A stretch of 64,000 nucleotides of DNA from the NCBI GenBank assembly GCA_031409895.1, contig JANNYC010000189.1, positions 1,975-65,974 of the forward strand, given 5' to 3'. The stretch comes from Planctomycetota bacterium. GTDB lineage: Bacteria; Planctomycetota; Planctomycetia; Pirellulales; Pirellulaceae. Position numbers and translations under genes: made by a program. Positions within the stretch are counted from its first letter, which is position 1. Every line of letters begins with the position of its first letter. Shown here piece after piece: positions 48,378-58,032 of the stretch. The notes beneath the pieces are model-generated. The model ran no database searches. It saw only the letters and a program-made list of their open reading frames with translations, and was not told the DNA's origin.

Positions 48378-48426
48378 AATAGAATTTGAAATGCAAAATT
48401 TGAGATTTGAGATTTGAGATTTGAAA
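48367..48426 (+). repeat. right direct repeat flanking the four-helix-bundle gene
   Basis: CAAGCGAATGAA-ata-GAATTTGAAATGCAAAATTTGAGATTTGAGATTTGAGATTTGAAA. It overlaps the last codons and the stop of the gene. Confidence 0.65.
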
Positions 48427-48524
48427 CGCACCATTTTGCAGCTATCCTAAGGCATTGGCCGTAGTTAGAATTTAACTTGCCAGATTACGGTTCCGTTACC
48501 AAACTCGATCTTGGATAAACGAAC

Positions 48525-49028
48525 ATGTTGGCGCAGACTCTCGAATATACGCTGTCACCGGTTGATTTTTACCGACAAGTTTTTTCCAGTTTCGGTTGGC
48601 GTCGTCTTTGGATTCGTCGAATCGTTGCGGTCCTAATAACGTGCTACGCCTTGAAATTACTATTATCGGAAGGCTTTGCGTGGCCGCCGATAGTACTGCT
48701 CGCAATCGCAGCAGAGTTGGGTAGCTCAATAGTCAGTTTTTTCATGCCATTTTTAATATTGATATTGATTTTTCGACCGCGATTTAGGATTTCCATTGAC
48801 GACACTGGAATGACAGTCCAATGCGGACGAGGTCCAGAAAGCTATCCTTGGCAGTCTTTTGACTATTATGGCGAAGCGTACGAGTCAAAGCACGGTTTTG
48901 CTTTCAAATGCGGCAGGGGGCGGATTGACATCCCCAAACGCGCTTTTGCGAACGAACAAGAACTATCGACCTTTCGCACACGCGTCGCAGAAAAGCTTGG
49001 CGATCGCTTCCGACCAATGGTCGATTAG
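48525..49028 (+). CDS. YcxB-like membrane protein
   Basis: Two TM helices followed by a small soluble domain (ISIDDTGMTVQ....ESYPWQSF). The layout is that of the YcxB family. Confidence 0.5.
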   Translation: MLAQTLEYTLSPVDFYRQVFSSFGWRRLWIRRIVAVLITCYALKLLLSEGFAWPPIVLLAIAAELGSSIVSFFMPFLILILIFRPRFRISIDDTGMTVQCGRGPESYPWQSFDYYGEAYESKHGFAFKCGRGRIDIPKRAFANEQELSTFRTRVAEKLGDRFRPMVD

Positions 49029-49089
49029 ATACTCAATTCAAAACGGCCAACTATTTAGCGATTTGTCTGCATTCCGTGGTGACCGAGAA

Positions 49090-50715
49090 TTACAGCTTCG
49101 CGGTCGGCAAAAACTGTGGTGGTTTGCGACAACTGGTGGCTTGCTCAAAGGCATAGGCGAACTTGATCAGCGTCGGCTCGGACCAGGCGCGGCCGAAAAA
49201 GGATAGACCGAGGGGCAAGCCGAAAATGAATCCGGCAGGGACAGTGATGCTGGGATAGCCGGACACGGCTGCGGCGCTGGTGCTCCCGCCGAGCCAACGA
49301 TCGCCGTTGACCAAATCGGTCATGCAAGCCGGGCCCATCGTCGGCGCGATGATTGCGTCGAGCTGATGTTTGTCCATCACCGCGTCGATTCCTTCCGTTC
49401 GCGAAAGGCGGCGGCACTTGGCTAGGGCTTCGACATAAGCGAAATCCGTCAGTGGTCCTTTATCGACAGCCTTCTCAAAAAAGTCTTGGCCAAAGTACGG
49501 CATCTCCCGATCCCGGTTGGCTTTGTTGAACTCAATTAAATCTTTCAAAGACTTCATCGGTGCATCAGGGCCAACCCAAGCTAGATAAGCTGCCATGTCG
49601 GCTTTGAGTTCGTATTCGAACACGGTCGTTTCTGCGCCGCCGACTTCATCGATGATTTTTAAGTCTTCGGTATCGATCAACGTCGCGCCCAATTGCTTGA
49701 GGGCGTCGAGGGCCACCGTCATGACGGCTACGACTCCGTCGTGGAAGTCGAAATAGTTTCTGGCAACGCCGATCTTGGCTCCCTTAAGCCCATTTGGATC
49801 AAGAAATTTCGTGTAATCGGGGTGCAAATGTTCGACAGCCGATTCTGTAATCTTGTCGTAGGCATCTGTTCCAGCCAAAACACCCAGCAGAATCGCAGCG
49901 TCACGAACGCTTCGCGCCATTGGTCCAGCCGTATCTTGCGAATGCGAAATGGGAATGATCCCCGTTCGACTGACCAAGCCAACCGTCGGTTTGATTCCGA
50001 CGATCCCACAGACGGACGAAGGACAAACGATCGAGCCGTCGGTCTCGGTTCCTACGGCGACGGCGCACAAATTCGCGGCAACGGCGACGCCGGAACCAGA
50101 ACTGGAACCGCACGGATTCCGATCGAGGGCATACGGATTGCGAGTCAACCCACCGCGCCCGCTCCACCCGCTAGTCGAATACTTGCAACGGATATTGGCC
50201 CATTCGCTGAGATTGGTTTTGCCCAAGATCAGCGCGCCGGCTTTGCGAAGTTGTTTCGCAACGAACGAATCGTCAACTGGCTTTGCGTTTACCAGCGCGA
50301 GCGAGCCGGCGGTCGTCTGCATCTTGTCGGCTGTGGCAATGTTGTCCTTGATCAAGACAGGAATGCCATGCAGCAAACTTCGCGGGCCTTTGGACTTTCG
50401 TTCTCGATCCAACTCATCGGCAATCGCGAGTACATCCGGGTTGAGTTCGATGACGCTTTTGAGCAGATGGCCGTTTTGGTCGATGGCTTCGATCCGCGCC
50501 AAATACTTTTCGGCCAACGAGCGAGACGACTCACTCCCCGCAACCATCGCTTTATTCAAATCGTCAATCGAAAGTTCATCGAGTTCGAACGACTCTGATC
50601 GTAGGTCACGTTGGGCAATTGCATTTCGCGTCGCCACCGCCACGCTCCCAGCGACTCCCGCTGCAAGAAATGAACGCCGACTTGGCAGGTTCGGATTGGT
50701 TGAAAAATATCCCAT
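49090..50715 (-). CDS. amidase (amidase-signature family) with Tat-type signal
   Basis: SRRSFLAAG twin-arginine signal. The GGSSGGS-like CGSSSGSGVAVAA and the KD..AT block are the AS signature. Confidence 0.9.
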   Translation of the reverse strand: MGYFSTNPNLPSRRSFLAAGVAGSVAVATRNAIAQRDLRSESFELDELSIDDLNKAMVAGSESSRSLAEKYLARIEAIDQNGHLLKSVIELNPDVLAIADELDRERKSKGPRSLLHGIPVLIKDNIATADKMQTTAGSLALVNAKPVDDSFVAKQLRKAGALILGKTNLSEWANIRCKYSTSGWSGRGGLTRNPYALDRNPCGSSSGSGVAVAANLCAVAVGTETDGSIVCPSSVCGIVGIKPTVGLVSRTGIIPISHSQDTAGPMARSVRDAAILLGVLAGTDAYDKITESAVEHLHPDYTKFLDPNGLKGAKIGVARNYFDFHDGVVAVMTVALDALKQLGATLIDTEDLKIIDEVGGAETTVFEYELKADMAAYLAWVGPDAPMKSLKDLIEFNKANRDREMPYFGQDFFEKAVDKGPLTDFAYVEALAKCRRLSRTEGIDAVMDKHQLDAIIAPTMGPACMTDLVNGDRWLGGSTSAAAVSGYPSITVPAGFIFGLPLGLSFFGRAWSEPTLIKFAYAFEQATSCRKPPQFLPTAKL

Positions 50716-50724
50716 AAAAATTCA

Positions 50725-50864
50725 AACCGCAGATTTCACGGATGACACGGATAAGGAAGAAATCAATTTCAAGTTGGTTGATTAGGTTGTCTTGACTCGA
50801 ACGGCCCAAAATTGTTTTTTGTTTATTATTTTTATTTTCCGTGACATCCGTGTAATCTGCGGTT
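50725..50864. repeat. 27-bp inverted repeat pair with an 86-nt AT-rich spacer
   Basis: AACCGCAGATTTCACGGATGACACGGA (50725..50751) versus TCCGTGACATCCGTGTAATCTGCGGTT (50838..50864), 25 of 27 complementary. It lies between the A2M stop and the amidase start. Confidence 0.5.
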
Positions 50865-50878
50865 GCTTTCTCTTTCCG

Positions 50879-53800
50879 TTATTTCACGGAGAGGTCGATA
50901 CTGTTGCTGTGGCTGTTGAATTCGGGGGCGTACATGCATTGGATTTGGGCGAAGCCAGTTTGGTATTGGCCGCGAAGTTGCACGCGAACGGAGTACTCGA
51001 AGACGTAGGTTCCACGCGGCAAGTAATCGATGAAGAAATGGCTCGCTGTATCACGCGTTGATTGAAAGTAGGCGAGGCCGTCTTGGAAATGGTATTGCGA
51101 CAGTACGTCGACGGGCTCCGTTCCGCTGCCGCGATAGTCTTTCATGTGGACGAATTCCATGTCGCGATCGACGCGAAGTTCAATCCGCGTCACCAGTTCA
51201 TCGCCGACACCGACCGAATCCGTCACTGGATTCAGAGTCGGACCCTTGTCGGTATTTTTCTTGACGTACAAGGATTTCGTTAGCTTGAGCGGCGTATCGG
51301 TGAATGACGTTACTTTGCTCATATCCTCAAAATACTGCCAATGAACGCTTCCCCAGGCGATATTCGGATTGGGATTCGTGACGCTGATTTGGGCAAGTTC
51401 GGGTTTCACATCGCCGGCGGCAAATCGATGTTCGTAGTAGCCTGTGCCGGCTTCGACATCTTCGGGTTTCAAAGTCTTTCCGGCGAGCGTGATTTCGACG
51501 AGTTTGTCGCTGGCCAGCCAATTCGTGCCGCGCCGCAACAGCGAGTAAACCGCGTCGGCGGTTGCTTTGGTTGTCTTCCAAGCCTGCGTTTGCTTTTGCT
51601 TGAGCAGCCAGATTTGCAATTCTTCGACGGCTTTGGCGTCGCTCGCGACTTCGTCGAAGACTTCGATCATCATCGCTTGAGTTTCGATTGGCGCGCGGTA
51701 CCACCACCAGGACTCTTCACCTTCGCGCCAAAACATTCCCATTTCATCTTCGGACAAGCTCCGTTCGCGAAGTGATTTCACAATGTCATTAGGTGTTGCC
51801 AAATCGCCGAACCGTTTGAGGGCCACGGCGAGGTGACCCTGCGGCAAGCGGTCGCCGAGTTTCGGCCAGTACGTTTTCGCTTGGCCGAGGAAATAATCGA
51901 CGGCAGTTTTGTGCTCAGCGGCTATCGGCTGATCCTTGAGGAAAAAGCTGCGACCGTAGAGGTACAGGCAAATCATCGGCGAGAGATGGTTGTCCTCTGG
52001 ATGACCGTGTCGCAAGATTTCGCGATACGTTTCGTCGATCCAGCGATCCAGTTCAGCCAGCGATTTCAGCGCGGTTGTCACGTCGACTTCGACGCCGAGA
52101 TGCCTCAAGCGGCCGAAACCGGTCGTGATGTAGAGAGTAATAAATTCGTTAGCCCGCCCGCCAGGAAACCACGGCCAAGTACCGTCGTCGTATTGCATTT
52201 GGGCCAGCTTGTTGGCGGCAGACTTCAATTCGCTGTCGAGGCGATTAGAGTCGAACAGAATGCCGACGTTGCGGCGAGCTTTGCTTTCGTCGTTCGATTC
52301 CAGCAGCCAGGGAGTCTCTTGAATCAGCAGTGCTTTGAGGTCTTGGTTTTTCGTAAGCGGGCTATCGAGCGCGTCGGTTCCGCGCCATTGATCGAACACG
52401 CGGCGAATTTTGGGATCGGAATTGGCGATATGCCGCGCAAGTGCATTCGCGTACAGCCGGTTGAAGACTTGTTCGCTGCATTCGTGCGGGAACTCAAGCA
52501 AATACGGTAACGCCATCACCGCATACCAAGCCGGGTTGCTGGTGACTTGGACGGTGAAGCTCTGATTGGCGAGCGAATCGGATTTCGACGCCTCGCGCAT
52601 TCGCGCAAAATCGAAATCGCGTTTTTGATTTCCGCGAATCGGCAGCGGCATGGACTCGGTGACCAAGACTCGGCGGCTGATGACCGGCAAATAGCCTTCT
52701 TCGCCGTCGGACAATCTTTCGGAGGCTCCGACCGCTTTGTAGACGAGTGTTCGCGCGCCGTCCGGGACTTTCAATAGCCAAGAAACCGATTGTGATTGCC
52801 CGGCGGGGATATCAAACGCCAAGTCGGTTTTTTCGTTGGCGAAGTCCGCGTCGACGGCGGTGAGCGAAACAGCGTCGGCCAGCGTCAATCGAACGGAGCC
52901 GGCTTGGCGGGTCGCGGATTGGTTGCTGACTTTGACCGTGAATTCGATGACGTCTTTTTCGCGCAAGAATCGCGGAGCGTTGGGTTGTACCATCAGCTCT
53001 TTGGCGGTAACAACTTTGTCCGTCAAGAATCCGCTGCGCAAATTTTTGTCGTGTGCAAAGCCCATGAATTTCCATTCGGTGAGGGCTTCGGGCATGGTGA
53101 ATTCCATGCGGACCGTGCCGTTTTCGCTAACCAAATGCGGGAAGAAAAAAGCGGTCTCGTTGAGGTTGGTTCGCGCGGAGATTTTGCTGAGGTCTGGCGG
53201 CGGCTGCGACACGGGCGCCTTGTTCTTCTCGTCAAGCGACTTTCCGCCACCGAAACCGCCACCAGAAGGGTCTTCTCCCTTTGCCGAATCGGACTTTTGC
53301 ATTTCGTTTCTTCCCTGGGCATCACTTTCTTCCATCGCCATTGCCATCGGCGCACCATTTGCCAGCGCCCGAGAACCTAGACCTCGCCGATAACCCTGCA
53401 TGAGGTTGGCGATTTCGTGTGGGAAGTGACGGTAGGTCAACTGGTCGTCGACGTAGGGCACGCTCCAGCCGTAATAGAAATGTTGAAGCGATTTGAGTTG
53501 GTTCTCAAAGCGTGAGTTGAAACGAATCTGCTCGGTCCGAAATACGCTGAAGCGTTGCAGCCAATTGTGCGGGAGAAACGCATCGAGCGAAGCATCGTAG
53601 AGCCCGGCCACCATTTCGGCAGTGACCTTTTCGGCGTCCGGTCCTGCTATGATCGCCGTCCAAGTCTCCTTGGCTCCCGGCTGAAGCTTGGAAACGAAAT
53701 GTTCCCATTTCACCTTGAGATCTTTATTGCTCCACGGAACGTCGACGCGCATTTGCGACAGGTACGCCCGATTCTCTCGAACGTAGCTCACGCGCAAGAT

Positions 53801-56800
53801 GAAGCCGCCGCGCATGGATTCGGAAACCGGGACGCGAATGACGTGCTGGGTCTGTTTGGGATCGGTCCAATACGATTTCAGAATCTTGCCGCGATGTTCG
53901 AGTTCGACGAACGCGGTTCCCGTTTCGTAACCCGTTCCCCAAAGAGCGACGAATTCTTGGCCCGGTTCCACGGTCCAATTCGGCGAAGTCAGCACGTTGG
54001 CAAGCTTCGTTGGGAACTGCGTCGCGGCAAGATCGTAGACTTGAAAAACGATTTCGTTGGTCACAAGTTTTCCAAACCGATCGTGCGATTCGATCACGGC
54101 GCGATAGGCACCAGCAGGTAGCGTTGCTTGGACGGTCGATTTGCCTTCGCCATTGGTTTTCCAAGCTTGCTCGTTGACTTGATCGCCGCTGGGCCAAGTG
54201 TTGATGTCAGACCAATCGGGAGGCGAGTCGGGAAACTTTTCAGCGGTAAAATCGAAGACCCCGCTGAAATAATACCAGCGACCGGATAACGCAGCCCGAT
54301 GGACTTTGTCGGGTGACTGAAGCTTGAACACGCGCAACGACCCGTCGACCGATTGCGCAATGCCGTCAAGCGTCGTTGTGCCGATGGTGAACTCAACCGG
54401 CTTGACGATGACTTGCCAAACATTTGCCGAAACGCTTGTGTCAAGTGCAACATAGCCGACGGTAACTGCGGTCGATGAGGATCGAGTCTCCCCCGTGGTG
54501 TCGGTGACGTCGGCGTAGACGGTGAATTGGAATTTCGGCTGCCCAGCTTTGGGAACGGTCCGATCGGGAGTCGCTGTGAATTGGATTTGGAAAGTGCCAT
54601 CGACTGCAGTCGTGGTCGTGCCGTGCGCGATTTCCTGACTTGTGGAAGTAATAGGCCACCACCAGCAGCGCCAATACCACCACCGCGGAAAACGGACTTC
54701 GCGCACGACGCGATATTGCACGGTAGCACCGTCGATTGGCGCGGATGTGTAAGCGGTTGCTTTGCCAGTCACGTCGACTTTGTCTTCGAGGCGGGGTGCT
54801 GCTTTGGGAGGATCAACCGTCACAAAGAATTTCGGACGTTTGTATTCCTCGACGTTGAATTGGGTTTGGCCGCTGGGGCCATCGACGACGTGCAGCGACA
54901 TCGTGCCCGTGCCGCGATCGCGCGGCGCCGTAAAGCTGCCGCTGATCGACCCGTAGGCGTTGGACGTAAATGTTTGCTTTTCGATTTCTTGGCCGTTGGC
55001 GTCATTCAACGCCACGGTCATGCGTCGATCGGCGAGCGTTTCATATTTATCGTTGACTTGGTCGAACTTTAATACGACGCCCTTGAATTGAACCGTTTGG
55101 CCAGGTCGATAGATTGAGCGGTCGGTAAAGAACACGGTCGAGTTATTTGAGGTATCCGATTGCCCATGGTCGTACATCCAAAGGCCGTCGAAGGTGGCCA
55201 AAGAATGGTTACCGGATCGGGCCACCAGATAATATCGACGTTGCTCTTCGCCTTTCCAGTGAAAGAACCCGTCTTCGCCGCTGCGAACCGTCGACACGAG
55301 TTCAAGCACTTCGCGGCGACCTGTGTTCTTCTGTTGCCAAATTTGGACTTCGGCCCCGCTGATGGGTTTTCCCGATTCGGCATTGAGAACGATTCCCTCG
55401 CCATCTTTGCTGGGTGTATCGCGAACGACGATTGCAAGGTCGCTGACCCAAAGCTCGCAGAAGGAGACGACGTTTGCAGCTTCGGAAAATTGTTCGTTAT
55501 GGCTGGCGATCAGATAGTACGAGCCGGGCGTCAGATCGTCGGGTGCTGGCAGCGATTCTTTTCGTTCTCGATAGTCGCTAGTTTCCGGCAGATCGCTGGA
55601 CCACTCGCGAACGGCTGGTTTGCCAAGCAGTTTCTGCCGTTGCTCGTATTCGATATTTTCTGGGCTCCAAGAGCCAGATTTGGCCCATTCGGCGAAGTCG
55701 AATGGTACCAATCGGAAGTAAACCTTGCGAACATTTCGATACATGACGCCGATCGTTGGCAGCGGCTTGGTCCAAACTCGCTCTGTGGTGATGGACGCTG
55801 ATGGAGCTTCGATGGCGGCGACGAGATTTTTGCATCGACTGGAAAAGCGGCTATTGGGAAAACGCTTGATGGCGGCAAGTGCGACTTCGCGTGCTTCCAC
55901 GAACTTGTTTTGCGAATGCAACAGGGCGCTTAAGTTCGCAGCGGCCGACGATGAAATTTCTTGAGCGATATTTGTGTCGATGAATTTCTTGAGAGCTGCG
56001 GCGTAACGAGCGGCTTTTTCCTCGCCGTAAGCTTCGGCATCGCCATACGCGAGCCGATGCAAGTCAGCATCTAGTCGCGCATGCGGCGAATCGTCCTCGC
56101 CGTGAAGGGTCAACAATTCCTGATGGAGACGAAGTGCCTTTACGATCGGCGATGTTGAGTTAGCCGGTAACTGCCAAGCGAGAAAGTCATCCGTGGAACC
56201 GAAGATCGCGGTATCGGCAGACAGGTCAAAAGCATTTTGTGGTCGAGTCCGCTGCTCTGCAATGCTGTAAAACTGAATTGCTTCCCGAGCCAAAAAATCG
56301 AACATCGTTGGACGGTATTCATCGGGTATCGTTCCGGCTTCCAGGAGTTCGTCGTAGTCCTTCACTGGAATTTTTTGCAGAGTCGCGCGATCGGCAAGTG
56401 CGTCCGTGAATAGCTTGTCGGCCTCGTCAAGAATTCGGCTCAGGTCCCAAGTGACGAAGTCCTCGCCCGGAGGAACCGACGTTTGCGTTCGCTGCATGAA
56501 CTGCCAACGATTCTGCTGATAATAATTCCAGTACCAATTCGCCAGAATGGCTTTGAGAACCGGCTGAGTCGGCGGTGGGTATTGGCCGATTTCCTTTTGT
56601 AGCAATTTGATCGAAACGGCTTGATCGCCACCTTCGATCTGGCCTTGAATTTGATATTTGCGACAGACGGCCCGAATGGCTTCGTCGTAGTCCTGATCGG
56701 AACTTGCGGATTTGATGATTGCTTCGAGTTCTTCGATCGCAGTTTTGGGGAGCGCTTTTTCCAGCGCGGCGTCAACTTTTTTCCACATCGCTTTTCGGTC

Positions 56801-56998
56801 GTCTCCATTCTTTTCATCGGCCAAGTCTGTCGAAACACTCGTCGAGCTATCGGGATTATTATCGGGCAAAACAGTGTTTGGTTTTGAGGATGCTCCGGTG
56901 TTACCAGGGCCTTTTGAGCTTGGATTTAGCACCGGTTGGCCCGCACAACCAATCGCGATGCACATGAGCAAATATCCAATCAGAACTTGTCGCATCAT
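50879..56998 (-). CDS. alpha-2-macroglobulin family lipoprotein (2039 aa) with a CxEQ thioester-type motif
   Basis: Lipobox LLMCIAIGC. Repeated MG-like beta-sandwich regions. FPHECSEQ (Cys1507, nt 52469..52480) sits in the alpha-helical TED-like region (YDDGTWPWF). Confidence 0.9.
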   Translation of the reverse strand: MMRQVLIGYLLMCIAIGCAGQPVLNPSSKGPGNTGASSKPNTVLPDNNPDSSTSVSTDLADEKNGDDRKAMWKKVDAALEKALPKTAIEELEAIIKSASSDQDYDEAIRAVCRKYQIQGQIEGGDQAVSIKLLQKEIGQYPPPTQPVLKAILANWYWNYYQQNRWQFMQRTQTSVPPGEDFVTWDLSRILDEADKLFTDALADRATLQKIPVKDYDELLEAGTIPDEYRPTMFDFLAREAIQFYSIAEQRTRPQNAFDLSADTAIFGSTDDFLAWQLPANSTSPIVKALRLHQELLTLHGEDDSPHARLDADLHRLAYGDAEAYGEEKAARYAAALKKFIDTNIAQEISSSAAANLSALLHSQNKFVEAREVALAAIKRFPNSRFSSRCKNLVAAIEAPSASITTERVWTKPLPTIGVMYRNVRKVYFRLVPFDFAEWAKSGSWSPENIEYEQRQKLLGKPAVREWSSDLPETSDYRERKESLPAPDDLTPGSYYLIASHNEQFSEAANVVSFCELWVSDLAIVVRDTPSKDGEGIVLNAESGKPISGAEVQIWQQKNTGRREVLELVSTVRSGEDGFFHWKGEEQRRYYLVARSGNHSLATFDGLWMYDHGQSDTSNNSTVFFTDRSIYRPGQTVQFKGVVLKFDQVNDKYETLADRRMTVALNDANGQEIEKQTFTSNAYGSISGSFTAPRDRGTGTMSLHVVDGPSGQTQFNVEEYKRPKFFVTVDPPKAAPRLEDKVDVTGKATAYTSAPIDGATVQYRVVREVRFPRWWYWRCWWWPITSTSQEIAHGTTTTAVDGTFQIQFTATPDRTVPKAGQPKFQFTVYADVTDTTGETRSSSTAVTVGYVALDTSVSANVWQVIVKPVEFTIGTTTLDGIAQSVDGSLRVFKLQSPDKVHRAALSGRWYYFSGVFDFTAEKFPDSPPDWSDINTWPSGDQVNEQAWKTNGEGKSTVQATLPAGAYRAVIESHDRFGKLVTNEIVFQVYDLAATQFPTKLANVLTSPNWTVEPGQEFVALWGTGYETGTAFVELEHRGKILKSYWTDPKQTQHVIRVPVSESMRGGFILRVSYVRENRAYLSQMRVDVPWSNKDLKVKWEHFVSKLQPGAKETWTAIIAGPDAEKVTAEMVAGLYDASLDAFLPHNWLQRFSVFRTEQIRFNSRFENQLKSLQHFYYGWSVPYVDDQLTYRHFPHEIANLMQGYRRGLGSRALANGAPMAMAMEESDAQGRNEMQKSDSAKGEDPSGGGFGGGKSLDEKNKAPVSQPPPDLSKISARTNLNETAFFFPHLVSENGTVRMEFTMPEALTEWKFMGFAHDKNLRSGFLTDKVVTAKELMVQPNAPRFLREKDVIEFTVKVSNQSATRQAGSVRLTLADAVSLTAVDADFANEKTDLAFDIPAGQSQSVSWLLKVPDGARTLVYKAVGASERLSDGEEGYLPVISRRVLVTESMPLPIRGNQKRDFDFARMREASKSDSLANQSFTVQVTSNPAWYAVMALPYLLEFPHECSEQVFNRLYANALARHIANSDPKIRRVFDQWRGTDALDSPLTKNQDLKALLIQETPWLLESNDESKARRNVGILFDSNRLDSELKSAANKLAQMQYDDGTWPWFPGGRANEFITLYITTGFGRLRHLGVEVDVTTALKSLAELDRWIDETYREILRHGHPEDNHLSPMICLYLYGRSFFLKDQPIAAEHKTAVDYFLGQAKTYWPKLGDRLPQGHLAVALKRFGDLATPNDIVKSLRERSLSEDEMGMFWREGEESWWWYRAPIETQAMMIEVFDEVASDAKAVEELQIWLLKQKQTQAWKTTKATADAVYSLLRRGTNWLASDKLVEITLAGKTLKPEDVEAGTGYYEHRFAAGDVKPELAQISVTNPNPNIAWGSVHWQYFEDMSKVTSFTDTPLKLTKSLYVKKNTDKGPTLNPVTDSVGVGDELVTRIELRVDRDMEFVHMKDYRGSGTEPVDVLSQYHFQDGLAYFQSTRDTASHFFIDYLPRGTYVFEYSVRVQLRGQYQTGFAQIQCMYAPEFNSHSNSIDLSVK

Positions 56999-57052
56999 GG
57001 CGCGGCATCTCCTTACAACGAAACAGGAACGGATTTCAATTATGCGATTTAG

Positions 57053-57149
57053 TGCCTATCCGAGAACCGCCGGGGTCTGTCGCCTATTTACGTAGTCTTC
57101 GGAGGAAATCGGGGACTGACCCCCTCTCCTTGCGGTTCTCGGATAGGCA
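57053..57149. repeat. 18-bp perfect inverted repeat enclosing a 61-nt structured spacer
   Basis: TGCCTATCCGAGAACCGC (57053..57070) and GCGGTTCTCGGATAGGCA (57132..57149). The spacer holds a GGGG-ACTGA-CCCC hairpin. Confidence 0.5.
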
Positions 57150-57291
57150 TTTAGACATCTTACCCGGTTGATTTGTTACACAAAACAACCCCTCCAGGAT
57201 TGTAAGCGGTTTGTAACCCCGTTCGCAGAATCGCGAGTTGTAGGCAAATCGACGGTGTTTCCGTCGCAATGACTTTTAGCAAAAGGAAAAC

Positions 57292-58032
57292 TCAATCGGT
57301 GTTGCGTCGCGTGAGCTGGTCGCGAATTTCGGCAGCAAGCTCATATTGTTCAGAAGCGATCGCGTCGTTGAGGCGTTCTTGCAAAGTCCGCCCGACAGAA
57401 TACTCTGATCGAATGGTCTCGCGGAACTCGGTGAGGCGTTGCACAAGTTCGTCTTCATCGAATTGTTCCTCGACTTCGAATTCGGCAAAGACCTGCCGCA
57501 ATTGATCGAGCCCTTGATTGATTATTTCGATCGCCGGTTCGGCACCAGCGTTCGTTTCAAAGCAACGGAGCGCGGCCGCTTTGATGCGATGATATAAAAC
57601 GAATGGTCGATATTGTTCATGCGAGATGGTCCATTCGTCGTTCGGCGAATGCTCTTTGCAAAAGTCCATCATCTCCAGAGTGTGATCCGCGTCGCTGATG
57701 GCCGCATCGAATCGCTTGAGCTGCAACCAGCAGACGCGGCGATGGTAAAACTGAACGAACTCCCGGTCGATTTCGGAGCATTCGTCTTCCGAAAGTGAGA
57801 ATTCGTCGCCCTGCTGCTTGGCTCGTTGCCTCAAAAACTGCAAATACGTTGGTTCGCCGCCTGGTCGCCAGCCATCCGGTCGATCGGTGACTTCTAATTG
57901 CAACAAGCCCAGGTCGATTCGAAGTTGGATGACTTCGCGCTGCGGCAGCGTAAGCAATCGAACGCTGACACTATTCGGGTCAAACGTCCAATTCTTTAAA
58001 ATGGAGTCGATCGTTTTTGGGTCGTGGTCCAT
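57292..58032 (-). CDS. UVR-motif-containing hypothetical protein
   Basis: 246 aa with a C-terminal UvrB/UvrC-type motif (IASEQYELAAEIRDQL). The rest is not recognised. Confidence 0.55.
   Translation of the reverse strand: MDHDPKTIDSILKNWTFDPNSVSVRLLTLPQREVIQLRIDLGLLQLEVTDRPDGWRPGGEPTYLQFLRQRAKQQGDEFSLSEDECSEIDREFVQFYHRRVCWLQLKRFDAAISDADHTLEMMDFCKEHSPNDEWTISHEQYRPFVLYHRIKAAALRCFETNAGAEPAIEIINQGLDQLRQVFAEFEVEEQFDEDELVQRLTEFRETIRSEYSVGRTLQERLNDAIASEQYELAAEIRDQLTRRNTD

Noticed and set aside
47681-48426. Possible CRISPR array or DGR, suggested by the reiterated GAGATTTGA units and the Avd-like gene
   Set aside because: The repeat period is only about 7-14 nt with no unique spacers, so it is not CRISPR. 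There is no reverse-transcriptase ORF or template/variable repeat pair anywhere in the window, so it is not a recognisable DGR.
49693-50785. Two long plus-strand ORFs (301 and 278 aa) over the amidase gene
   Set aside because: They are shadow frames of a gene with a clear amidase signature and Tat signal.
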